A stretch of 64,000 nt of DNA from Cyanophora paradoxa CCMP329 (taxonomy: Eukaryota; Plantae; Glaucophyta): assembly GCA_004431415.1 (NCBI GenBank), contig QPMI01000154.1:1-64000 (forward strand), written 5' to 3'. Shown here piece by piece: positions 34,887-44,848 of the stretch. The position numbers and the translations under genes were made by a program. Below the pieces are notes generated by a model that made no database searches, was not told where the DNA came from, and saw nothing but the letters and a program-made list of their open reading frames with translations. Numbering within the stretch: the stretch's first letter is position 1; each line of letters starts with the position of its first letter.

Positions 34887-35732
34887 ATGGGTGAATATAA
34901 TCGAGTTCAACTTCCAATATATTCCCTTGGATCCCCTGCTATGCACTTTCGCCAGCATGAAGTAAATGATGAGGTTCGTGGATTAGAATCCACAGAGAGA
35001 CCCAATTCCAATGGTAACTCCTTTGATAAGAATTCGATTATTCGAGTTAAAGAACTTCGAGCCGACAAAAACTCAGGTGTGGTTAAAACAACTCGACTTC
35101 TTGTGACTAATGCCAACTTCTTTCAACCTACCAATGGAGGCCCTGATGCTTACAGTGTAAATCTGAAAGCTCTTGATTTCGATAAAAACACTGCTGCTGC
35201 TACAATTCGTTCAGGCGGTGCTTTTATTGGTGGAGGTTGCCGTGTATCCGGTCAACTCTCTTCATCTGTTTCGTTTAATGATGTCCCTGATACTCTCGAT
35301 CAAAATGTAGAGAATCCACAGCGTATTAGATTATATACACCTGTTGCACAGCAACCATTTGTTCAATTTTACGTAGGTTATACAGTTACACTTGCAACCT
35401 CTGAACTAATTGAAGGAACCAAAAGAGTAATGAGAGGTCTCGCCATTCCAAACGCCATGCTCTCTTTATGTAGAGCCAACAACAACCAGCCAGGTCACAG
35501 GTACTATTTCAGTGTGCAGGGATATGATCATTTCGGCACAGGCTTCTGTGTTTATAACAATAATTTCACTTACGATTTGTTTGTTACAGACATTGGCAAA
35601 TATACTATAACAATTATCGGTTTGAGAACAGATATAGCAGCTGTTTCAGTTCTCAGAGGTGTTACTCCTGATACTCTTTCAGTATCAGGGTTTTACCAGG
35701 AACCAGATGTGATCGATGACCCCACTCCCTAA
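34887..35732 (+). CDS. Fibre-family paralog 2 (281 aa)
   Basis: QH...STE...F...IRVKELRADKNSGVVKTT...GGAFIGGG module. Confidence 0.8.
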   Translation: MGEYNRVQLPIYSLGSPAMHFRQHEVNDEVRGLESTERPNSNGNSFDKNSIIRVKELRADKNSGVVKTTRLLVTNANFFQPTNGGPDAYSVNLKALDFDKNTAAATIRSGGAFIGGGCRVSGQLSSSVSFNDVPDTLDQNVENPQRIRLYTPVAQQPFVQFYVGYTVTLATSELIEGTKRVMRGLAIPNAMLSLCRANNNQPGHRYYFSVQGYDHFGTGFCVYNNNFTYDLFVTDIGKYTITIIGLRTDIAAVSVLRGVTPDTLSVSGFYQEPDVIDDPTP

Positions 35733-35756
35733 AATATATATATATGTTTAATATAA

Positions 35757-36590
35757 ATGGCTGAACCACCTCCAATTGAGCGTATTGTTACAGCACAGCT
35801 TTCATTAGCTGCACCAGCTAACCACGTTCTGCAGCATGCTACTTTCGATGATGTAGAAGGTCTGCAATCAACAGAGGTTCAACCTACGATGAACACCTTC
35901 GGTTCCACCCATAAACTGAGATTGCAGGAACTCAGGTGCGATAAAAATAATGGTATAGTTAAGACCACGAAATTACTTGTAACTAATGCGAATTTTAGTG
36001 CCCATTATGGTGATCCAGACAGTTATGGCGCCCCTCTTTCGACTTATTCTTTCGAGTCTAGGTCAGGAGCTATTAACTGCAAGACGGGGGGAGCATATAT
36101 TGGTGATGGTTTGCGGGTTGGTGGAGCTGTTGGTGCTCCTCTCTTTGTTAATGATCAACCAAACCCTATTGATCCTAACACGAGAATTCGAACCTATTTG
36201 CCAAGTATGAATGCACCATATATTATAAAGATCTTCCCAATCGTTGTTAATGAGCAGACATCAGTAGTTGATTCTCTTGTGGAAATTGGTGACCACTACA
36301 AGGTGGTTGTTGATATCCCTCCAGACGTCTACGCTGTTTGTCAAGTAGAGGGTGGAACCCCAAACATTGCTGTGGTGATTACTCCATATGATAATTTCGG
36401 GATCGCTTATCATGGTGTAAATTTCGGCCTTGAAGACTACCAGTTCTTGGTGAGAGCTACAAAATTCGGTATTTATAAATGCATTCTCTATGCAGAAAGA
36501 ACCGATGCTATCGCAAGGCAGAATACCTATGCGGAGTACTACGGCACTAATAGGTACTTCCCCATTTTCGGACAGGATACTGCCCCGTAG
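35757..36590 (+). CDS. Fibre-family paralog 3 (277 aa)
   Basis: QH...STE...F...LRLQELRCDKNNGIVKTT...GGAYIGDG module. Confidence 0.8.
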   Translation: MAEPPPIERIVTAQLSLAAPANHVLQHATFDDVEGLQSTEVQPTMNTFGSTHKLRLQELRCDKNNGIVKTTKLLVTNANFSAHYGDPDSYGAPLSTYSFESRSGAINCKTGGAYIGDGLRVGGAVGAPLFVNDQPNPIDPNTRIRTYLPSMNAPYIIKIFPIVVNEQTSVVDSLVEIGDHYKVVVDIPPDVYAVCQVEGGTPNIAVVITPYDNFGIAYHGVNFGLEDYQFLVRATKFGIYKCILYAERTDAIARQNTYAEYYGTNRYFPIFGQDTAP

Positions 36591-36625
36591 AGAATATCCC
36601 TAATTATTTGCCGAGACCTCTGATA

Positions 36626-36868
36626 ATGGCCTCATGTCTTGCAGGAGTGTTTGAGTTGCTGCGTCACTTCCATTCGCATGCTCGCCTACAGTCGCATTGT
36701 TGTACAGCGGATTTAGATCTTTCTTTTGGAGGTGATCATGACAGCAACAGCGCCAACCGTGAAGCTGAACTCGAAGCTCTTCAGCACGTAGAAGATCCAG
36801 CACCGCCCGGTGTGCACCACCAGAGGGCCGCTCCGTCAATAATGTACCATCTATATCAGGATGCTTGA
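36626..36868 (+). CDS. Small 80-aa viral protein
   Basis: MASCLAGVFELLRHF...SHCC; synonymous-biased divergence from copy 1. Confidence 0.7.
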   Translation: MASCLAGVFELLRHFHSHARLQSHCCTADLDLSFGGDHDSNSANREAELEALQHVEDPAPPGVHHQRAAPSIMYHLYQDA

Positions 36869-36963
36869 AGGCTCGCTGAGGTGGCCTCGACATCATTTTG
36901 TTTGCTTTTGAAAAAAAGAAACAGGGACAGCCAGCCGTTTCAAACACATAGATAGCTTTTTAT

Positions 36964-37466
36964 TTACGCCCTGTTTTCAATTGGGAAATTAAGACGTAGA
37001 AAAGGCCAGTCTGCCTCTGCAGTGTGCTCAAGTAGATACTGATCTCGAGCTCTGGCTGCTTCCTCCGCTGTGGAGAAGCATCCAACATCGATTGTTTTTC
37101 TATTTTTGCCAATGGTAGCAACCCATCTGCTTTTCGATCTGTTGTAACTCACTCCAAGGAATCCGCTGGTGTTATTCGAATTCTTGTCTCGATGCATTCG
37201 GTGCTGCTGTTTTGTTACGAACTTTAGATTATCTCTGCGACAATCCAGTTTATCCCCGCTGACACAGAGGATGCTATGATCTGCAGGAGCTTTCCCTTCA
37301 CCAGATCTCTAAATTTCTTATGCCATCTCTCTTCAGGGTGGAATGCTACTGGATAGCCATTCGAGTCTATGTAGAACCTCAGACCAGAGAATTTCTCCTC
37401 GTCATCTTTCGAGATTAGCACTGAGTGCACTGTGTTTGGTGTCTTCACCTGAATTGCAGAGTCCAT
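36964..37466 (-). CDS. HNH-AP2 protein 3 with degenerate nuclease site (frameshift near 37293)
   Basis: ILCVSGDKLDCRRDNLK in place of DHIN..KLDNRR.NLR; AP2 domain intact. Confidence 0.8.
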
Positions 37467-37534
37467 GTATCTTCCTTTCGATAATATAAGAGATTGTGTT
37501 CTCTTTATGTCATACACACCCCTCATATTAAACC

Positions 37535-37848
37535 GGGAATTTCTAGTGCGGCCTCTCAGTGGACACTAGAATGCCTAAGCTCATACCCTAAAGTGAATTC
37601 CCAATCAGCCTCAAAGGCTCTCCCGTTAGCTACCTCCTCGAAGCTAAATCGAATTTTATTTTTCAACCCCTAAGGTACCCACGCACACGCCCTCCGGCAC
37701 GTAATAGCAGAGGGAAACGTGTAAAACGATTTTGGTACACGCACGGCAAAATCAGATCGATCTAGTGAGGGAAGACGCTAAATACCCATGGAACCGCGGC
37801 CCGGAGCGAAGCGAAGTGGCCGTAAGCGGGGTCCATGGGTGTACAACA
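37535..37848. repeat. Right terminal inverted repeat of copy 2 (314 bp)
   Basis: Reverse complement of 15662-15991. Confidence 0.95.
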
Positions 37849-37854
37849 GAGGGG
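37849..37854 (+). repeat. Right target-site duplication GAGGGG
   Basis: Matches 15656-15661. Confidence 0.9.
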
Positions 37855-38014
37855 CGGGGGGGGCCGGGGGGGGGGGGGGGGGGTGCGGGGGTTAAGGAGG
37901 TGGAGGTAGCTATAGTGGGAGGGGTGGGGCGTTAGGGGGAGGCGGGGGGGGGTGGGGGGGGGAAGAATTGATCTAGAGATGCATACATAAGAGGACCATG
38001 AGCGCGCTGCGCAC

Positions 38015-38796
38015 CGGGCAGAGAAGCCGCGGAGGGCGTGGGAGAAGGTGTGGTGGAAGCGGACGTGCTCCTCGTGGGCGCCGCCGTGGTGCCGGCGGGC
38101 GGCGGCCCGCGCGTGCCCGCGGACCGCCTCGGCGTGCTCCTCCGTCGCCCCTTCCTTGAGGCCCACGATGTAGTGGCCCTCCTGCGCCGCCCGCAGCCGC
38201 TCGATCTCCTCACGCTGCGCCCGCTCCACCTTCGCGCGCTCGAGCTGCTGCGCATGCTGCTTTTGGGCGTGCGCCGCACGTGCTCCGGACCCGTCCCCTG
38301 CGCGCGCGCACGAGGAGCGGCTCACGAACACGCATGTGATCATGATCGTGATTAGACCATGGGAAGGGCACCTTCGTCTCTCGCGCTGGGGATCGAATCT
38401 TCGCGGGCCGAGGACCTCGGCTGGCCATGGAGCTTGAGCTTCTCCAGCTGCTCGGCCTGGAGCGCCTCGGAGCGCTTCAGGCGCTCGACCTGCCCGCGGA
38501 GCTCCCTAAGCTCCCGGAGCAGATCTTCGTTCACCGCCTGTGAATTCGAAGGCGGAGCAGCTGCGCGCGCGTATGTAACCGTCAGCGCTGGCGATCCTGC
38601 TTATGCTCGCCGTTACTCAAATTCGCCGCAAGCTGAAGGCGCCCTCAACTGGCAGATGCGCGCGGGCACATGTACACGCACGCGAGTCGGGGTTGGGCGA
38701 TGTGGACGCGGCGGCAGCCAGCAGCATGGAGCAAGCGATCGCAACCAGCTGCAGTGCGCAGATCGCACGGATCCGCGGCCGGCCGCGGGGCTGCAT
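38015..38796 (-). CDS. Host subtilisin 5' exons (signal peptide plus I9 propeptide), approx. 38796-38682, 38537-38372, 38297-38015
   Basis: Hydrophobic AICALQLVAIACSMLLAAA; I9-like GHYIVGLK...HTFSHALRGFSAR. The phase-2 donor at 38014 joins the acceptor at 15389 in frame. Confidence 0.85.
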
Positions 38797-39536
38797 GCGG
38801 ATGCTGCAGCCGCAGCTGCCGACTTCGGTGGACAGGCGCGAGTCTGCCGCGGCCATGATCATGAGGTGAGCTACAACTTAGCCTACAAGGGCGATCCGAT
38901 GATCCGATCGCAGATGGAGCGCTAGCTGTAGGTAGCCGCTGAGCGCAGCTGCTGGGTTAAGTTAAGTTCCCGCGCGCTGCGCGCAGCTTGCAAGAAGATC
39001 TACGTAGGTGGAGAAGTCGAAGCAGCTTGCGGCGCCCGGCCGCGGCGCGGCTCTAATTCACCAAAAAAACATTGCGGCTCAGATCGCGATCGCGAGATTT
39101 CGCATTCATCATTTCTTTTCGTAAGGGGGTACGGGTGCGAAAAACCCAGCGAAAGCATACGCACTGCGGCATGGCCCAGTGGCATGCGCAGCCGCCCGGC
39201 CCATAGCCAGGCCTAGGCCCTCTAGATCTCATTATAAATCTCTTTGGCAGCCCGGGTCAGCTGCAGCGAAAGCCTCTCCGCAGCGCCGACCGGAGCCGGG
39301 CTTTCGAATTCGCGAGAGGCTAGGGCAGGCGCCGGCCGCGGCCGCGGCCGCGGCGCGGCCGACGCATGTGAGTGTCGTTCAAACGGTTGATAATGAGCGA
39401 AATAGATGCCTATCTCTTCGTTAACGTCCAGAGAATGATTCGATCATGTACGTCTACAGCCCTGGCCGCGGGACCCCGCAGCCGGGCCGGGCGGGGGCCC
39501 CTATATATAGCTAGGCCTGCCTGCAGCTGCATGCAG

Positions 39537-40646
39537 CTACTCGATGCGACGGGCCTTGATGGGATGGTGCGTGGCCTGGTGGTTGATAGCTGCGCGCGCA
39601 CCCGGCGGCCGCGGTTAGCTAGCGAGAGCGGAGCCCCGGGCCGCGGGCGGGGCGAGCTCTCGAGGGGCGCGAACCGAGGTGCTGCTCGCGGGTCACAATG
39701 CGCTCGATGATCTCCCCGCTCCCCTTCACCAGCCGCACCCGCCCCGTCTGCCCCGCCGGCCGCGGCGCGGCCCCCCGCGTGAGACCCGAGCGAAGCGGCC
39801 AGGGCGGAAGGTGCCGGGGTGCCGGCCCGGCCGGCGCCGCGCACCTCTTCGTCGTAGACCTTGCGGATGACGCTCTCCTTCTTCTGGTGCTCCTGCGCGC
39901 GCCCCGCCGGCCCCCTGTCAGCTGCAGCTGCCGCACGCGCAGCTGCACCGGCGCGCGCGGGGGCCGAGCGCTATAGCCAGCTAGCATGGGCCGAGAGGCC
40001 GGGGCGGGAGCGCGGCCTTAGCTAGGGATGCTGAAAAGTGTTTTCGACCTTCGCTGGGGCGGTGACCGCAGGCCTAGAGCAGCGGCTCGCCGAGCCCGAG
40101 GGCCGGGCGCCGGCCGGCGCCGGGGTTCGGCGCGCGCGGGGTTGGGGCCGGCCGAGGAGCTCGCACACACACCGTCAAGCTCATTGGAACCATGACTCGT
40201 TTCTTCGCGACGCCATCGCTCGCCGCCGGGGCCGGAGGAGGAAGCGCGGGTGCCGGCGGCCGCGGCCCAGGTAAGGGGCCGTCCGGGGCAGGCGCCGGCT
40301 TCGAACTGCGACTGGAAGCCTCTGATGTGTCTGCCAAGCGCGCGCGAGCGTCAGGGAGGGCGCTGGAGCACGCGCGGCAACTCAAAGCGATCTCATCAGC
40401 GCTCGCACGCGCACCTTCCGCCGCGCGCTTCGCCTTCTTCTCCTCGCGCTTTAGCCGCTTTTTCTCCCGCTTTCTCTCTCGCTTTTCGCGCCTGCGCTCC
40501 CGCTTCCGCTCTTTCCTCTCTTTTCGCCTCGCCGAGCTACCGGACGACGCGCTGCTGCTGCTGCTGGAGCTGGAGCTCGAGCGCGATCGGCTGCGCGAGC
40601 GGCTGCGGCTTCTGCTTCGGCTGCGCCCCCGCGACGTCCTCCCCAT
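39537..40646 (-). CDS. ARL6IP4: Host ARL6IP4/SR-25-like protein (multi-exon)
   Basis: RS/K-rich N-terminus; VPMSL...ESVIRKVYDEE.TGRVRLVKGSGEIIERIVTREQH..INHQAT. Confidence 0.8.
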
Positions 40647-40969
40647 CTTTTGATCCGGTACCCGGTACCACATGTACAAGCTGCACGGCGGTGCGCGCTG
40701 CGCCAGCAGGCTGCGGCAGCTGCAGCTGCTCAATCATGCGGCCTGGCAGGCTGATGCAGCTCATGATCAGCGGCTGCAGCTGCGCATGCAGACGTCCACC
40801 CTTCCCACTCGGGGCGCACCAAGCAGTTCGCCAAGCCGTAATTGCAATTGCAATGTGAACGTACTCGGAAACACGCTGGGCATATGCGCACTGTACAGAG
40901 CCTTTAGAGGAATCGGAGCGCGGGCCGCGGACGTGGGCCGGGGGCGCGAGCGCGAGCGCCCTGATCCGA

Positions 40970-42705
40970 TCAGTCGCCGAAGAGGGGCGGGGGCGAGGCG
41001 GTGCCCTCGGAGCGGGTGCGCGTGGCGGGGCTCTCCGACCGCGTCGCCGCCACGCTCCGCGGGCTCCCGGCCCCGCCCCAGGGCCGCCCCGCGAGCCCCT
41101 CCTGCCCGTGGGCCCCGCCGCCGCCGCCGCCGGGGCCCTCGGGGGCCGCCCGCGGGTCGAGGAAGAGCTCGGAGGAGGCGCTGAGGCCGAGCGACGAGGA
41201 CTCGACGCGGAGCATCCGCTCGAACGAGTCCGACGCCGACAGCAGCGCCGCCGCGCCCTGCGCCCGCGTTCGAGGGGTCGGAGGAAGAAGAAGAGGGGGG
41301 CAGCCGGCGTGCAGCGGACCTGGGGGCGGTGCGGGGCGGGCGGGCCGTCCTGGGCGCTGGAGGAGCGGCGGGAGGGGGCGCCGCCGCCGCGGGGCGTGGA
41401 GTCCCTGGATCCGGAGCCCCCCCCGGAGGCCTGCGGGAGCAGCTGCCCAGCGAGGATGAGCGCGTCGATCTCCCGCTTCCTGCGCGGCGTTCGAGGCGAG
41501 GGGCGCGAGGCGAGGCGGGGTGGGAGGGGCGGGGCGGGGCGGAAGGGCGCGCGTCGCCTCGACCTCTTCCGCCGTGCGAAGGGGCGACACGCGCACGCCC
41601 ACCGCCGGCGCCGGCACGGGGCTGCGCGCCGCGCAGCCCTCGGATGTCAGAAGGCCGGCGGGGGCGGCGGGGGCGGGCGCGCCTGCGCGGCTCGGCGCTG
41701 CCGCGGCGGGAGCCCTGCTCTCGGTCGCGGGCCGCCGCCTGCGCGAGGAGGCCCTGCGCGCGGGCGCCGGCGTGAGCGGCGCGGCGGCGCGGCGCGGGCG
41801 CGGCGGCGGCGGGGCGGGGGCGGCGGCGGCGCGCGTCGCAGAGGGAGCGGAGGCGTGCGATCTCGGCGTCGAGCTCGGCGCGCTGGCGCCCGCGCTCCTC
41901 CATGTCCGCGAGCCGCCAGCGGCCCCACTCCCGCATCTCCTCCTCAAAGGCCGCCCGCTCCCGCTCCAGCTCCGCCTGCCCCGCCCGCACGCGCGCCCGC
42001 GCGCCCGCGCGCGTCAAATACGATCCCCGCGCGGTGCAGGGAGGTCTGCACTCGCCTGAAAGCGGTCCGGGTGGGGCGTGTCCGGGGCGGGCGCGTGCTG
42101 CGGACCCGACGCGCTGCCCTGGCGGGGCCGCCCGGCGTCGTGCGGGAGCCGCGGCGCCGGCGGGGCCGCGGCGGGCGTGACGGGCGAGGCGGGCGAGCTC
42201 GGCGCGTTCAGCGCGGGCGGCGCGCGGGCCTTCGCGCCCGTCGCGGGGACGCCGGGGGACGGCGCCGCCGACGCGGGTGACGACGCGGGCGGCGTCGTGG
42301 CCGACATCGGAGAGCTCGAGGCGGGCGAACTCGAGGCCGGCTGCGACGCACGTCACGTCTCAGAGCAGGCTCGCGTCTCGGTGCCAGGAAGCGGACCGTG
42401 CACATGTGGCGCCGAGGGAGCTTCGAGGAGGAGGACATGCGAAGCGCCTGGCTCAGCGGCGGCCTGAGCATCTATGAGCACGACTGGCGCCTCGTTCGCG
42501 TCGGCCGCGCGCACTTGGCGATGGTGCTCGGCTGCGGGGTCGACATTGCCTCTTCATCCTCGCGGCGGGGCTTCCTGATCACGGTGCGCAGCGGCGAGTC
42601 GAACGAGAGCGTTATGGGGGACACGCGCTCGTTTATGTCGATCATGGAATCGACGCGCTCGAGCATGAGCGCGAGGTCCTTCCGGAGCGCGCGCAGCTCT
42701 TCCAT
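40970..42705 (-). CDS. Host hypothetical coiled-coil protein (multi-exon; boundaries approximate)
   Basis: Exon-like segments MEELRALRKDL and AELERERAAFEEEMREW between GC-rich introns. Confidence 0.45.
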
Positions 42706-43059
42706 GCTTCGAATAGGACCGGCGGAGGGCTGCCGGGCGTCGGCTGTGCGTGAGGGCTGACAAAGAAGGCCCGACCCCGGGGACGAGCGCGGGACGGGTA
42801 CGCTCACGGCTCGTTTGCAAGCTGGGCCTCGTCACAGCAGCGCCCGCGTTGGAGCGCAGTTCGCATCTCCGGCACAAACAGAATTGTTCTTGCGGCTCTG
42901 GACCCCTGCTCCTGGCCCGTTCAGTCGCACGCCGCGGAACGTTGCAGCGCGCCCGAGGCGCCGCCGCTTCTTCCCAGCCGTATCCAGGAGCGCTTTTAGA
43001 GCATTTCTATAGCGCCTACTGTCGCCTTGCGGGCGTGCGGCGATCGCTGGGCATTCGCA

Positions 43060-44848
43060 ATGGCCCACGCACAGCAGCCACGGCCGCGTCCAGCGCCAGC
43101 GCCGGCCGGTGAGGCGAGCACGAGCTCATCCGACCCTGTTCGCCCTTCCCTCGTGCCCGGCCTGAACGTCGCCGACCTTCGCCCGACGACGGCGAGCGCG
43201 GCGAACCCGAGCGGCCGGCGCCCGAGCCTCGGCATGACTAGCTACGGCGGCCCCATCCTCAGCTACGCGAGGCGTCCGCCGTCCGCCGGGCCGGCTGCCC
43301 CCTCGGCCCGCACCCGCGCCATCCAAAGCCTGGTCCGCCGCCCGCCCCGCATGCCCCGCCCCGCACGCCCCGCCGCCCGCGCCAACGCGTCCGTCAGCCG
43401 CCGGAGATCTGGGCGCGGGTGCTCTCGCACGTGCCGCAGGCGACGCTGGTGCGGCTCTCGGCGGTCTCGCGGGAGTGGCAGCGCATCTGCTGGCGCCCGG
43501 AGCTCTGGGAGCGCTTCGAGCTGGAGGTCCAGGGCCGCGTCCCCTTCCGCACCGTCCTCTCATACCTCCGCCGCATCGCCGGCATCCCCCCGCCCCTCTC
43601 CTCCGCCCCCTCCTCCTCCGCCGCCGCCACGCCCCGCACCGGGCCCGCCTCCGCCCGCGCCTCCGCCGCCGCCGCGCCTCCGCCCCCTCCGCCTCCGCGG
43701 CCGCCGCCGACGGGGCGGCGGGAGGACGTGCCGCGGGAGGTGGACCTGCGCTGTGCCAAGGGGCCCGTGGGCCTGCGGCAGGACACGGGGCGGGACCTGA
43801 TCGCGCTGCTGGGCCCCGCCGAGCGCCTCGTGCTGCCCCGCTTCCTCGTCCACCCCTGCCTCGTCGAAGCCGCCTTCGCCGCCCTGCCCCGCCTCCGCCT
43901 CCTCCGCATCTCCGCCGCGGGGGGTACCGACGAGCTATGGCTCCGCGGCGGCGCCCGCGCGCACTTCCCGGCCGCCCTTGCCGGCTTCGAATCCGAACTG
44001 GTCCTCTTCCTGGAGGGCCAGCCGCTGCGGGCCCTCCCGCCCGGCCTGCGCTCCCTGCGCGCCTCCTTCCGCACGGGCGACGCGGGGCCCGAGGGGGCCG
44101 TGGAGGCGGCGGGGGCCTGCCTGGCGGCCCTCGAGACCCTCGACCTGACCCTCCTCGGGGACGCCTTCAACGGCGAGCCGCTCCGCTTCTCCGACTGGGA
44201 CCTCAGTGCGCCCTTAATAGCTTTCTCATCGCGTACCCCCCTGACTTCGTTCGCAGAGTGCCTGCTCCGGGACCTGCCGCAGCTGCGCGTGCTGCGGCTG
44301 CCGCACACGCGCTGCTCGGAGGGCATGCTTCAGGCCCTCGCCGCCCGCCTCGAGGCCCGCGCCCCCGCCCGCCCCTCCCTGTACCCCCGCCTCACTTCCC
44401 CCCCCTCCACCTCCCAGGAACTGGAGGTGGGTACGCCGGACGTGAAGGCGCCCGTGCTGAAGAACGCGCCGCGGCTGCGCGTCCTCCGCCTCTCCGCCCC
44501 CCTCCGGCGCGCCCCCCGGCCCGCCCGAACAGCCGGCGCCCTGACGCCGGCCCGGCCCGCGGCAGGTCGTTCGGGGCGCAGCACTGCGGGGCGCTGCAGC
44601 GGGTGGAGCTGGACGCCTCGCGGGCCGGCGAGGTCCCCGCCGACCTCTGGAACTGCCCCGAGCTCTCTCTCCTCCGCTTCCTCCGCGGCGCCCCGGGGCC
44701 CGTCTCCGCCGTCGGCTGCCCCAAGTTCCCGGGGCGCCCCGAGGGGCCCAACGTGCACGGCCACCCCGCCCGCGCTCCGGCACCTGACCCCGCCGCCTCC
44801 GCCTCCGCCCGCGCCCGCCGCCCCTCCCTCCCGGGCCCCGCCCGCTAG
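43060..44848 (+). CDS. Host F-box/LRR protein (multi-exon)
   Basis: PPEIWARVLSHVPQATLVRLSAVSREWQRIC..PELW F-box; LPRLRLL and LPQLRVLRL LRR-like repeats. Confidence 0.8.

Larger units (their letters stand above)
15662..37848 (+). mobile_element. Complete integrated Polinton/Maverick-like virus, copy 2 (22187 bp)
   Basis: TIRs, 6-bp TSD, pPolB, rve integrase, ATPase and capsid genes; intron-free and much lower GC than the flanks. Confidence 0.97.

Noticed and set aside
33516-36590. Diversity-generating retroelement or invertase shufflon acting on the fibre genes
   Set aside because: No reverse transcriptase, template/variable repeat pair or site-specific recombinase was seen.
1-37848. Pseudogenisation or programmed frameshifting in the many split viral ORFs
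   Set aside because: Most breaks are single-base losses in short homopolymers and differ between the copies, the pattern expected of long-read consensus error. pPolB and integrase occur only once in the window, so their breaks cannot be cross-checked.
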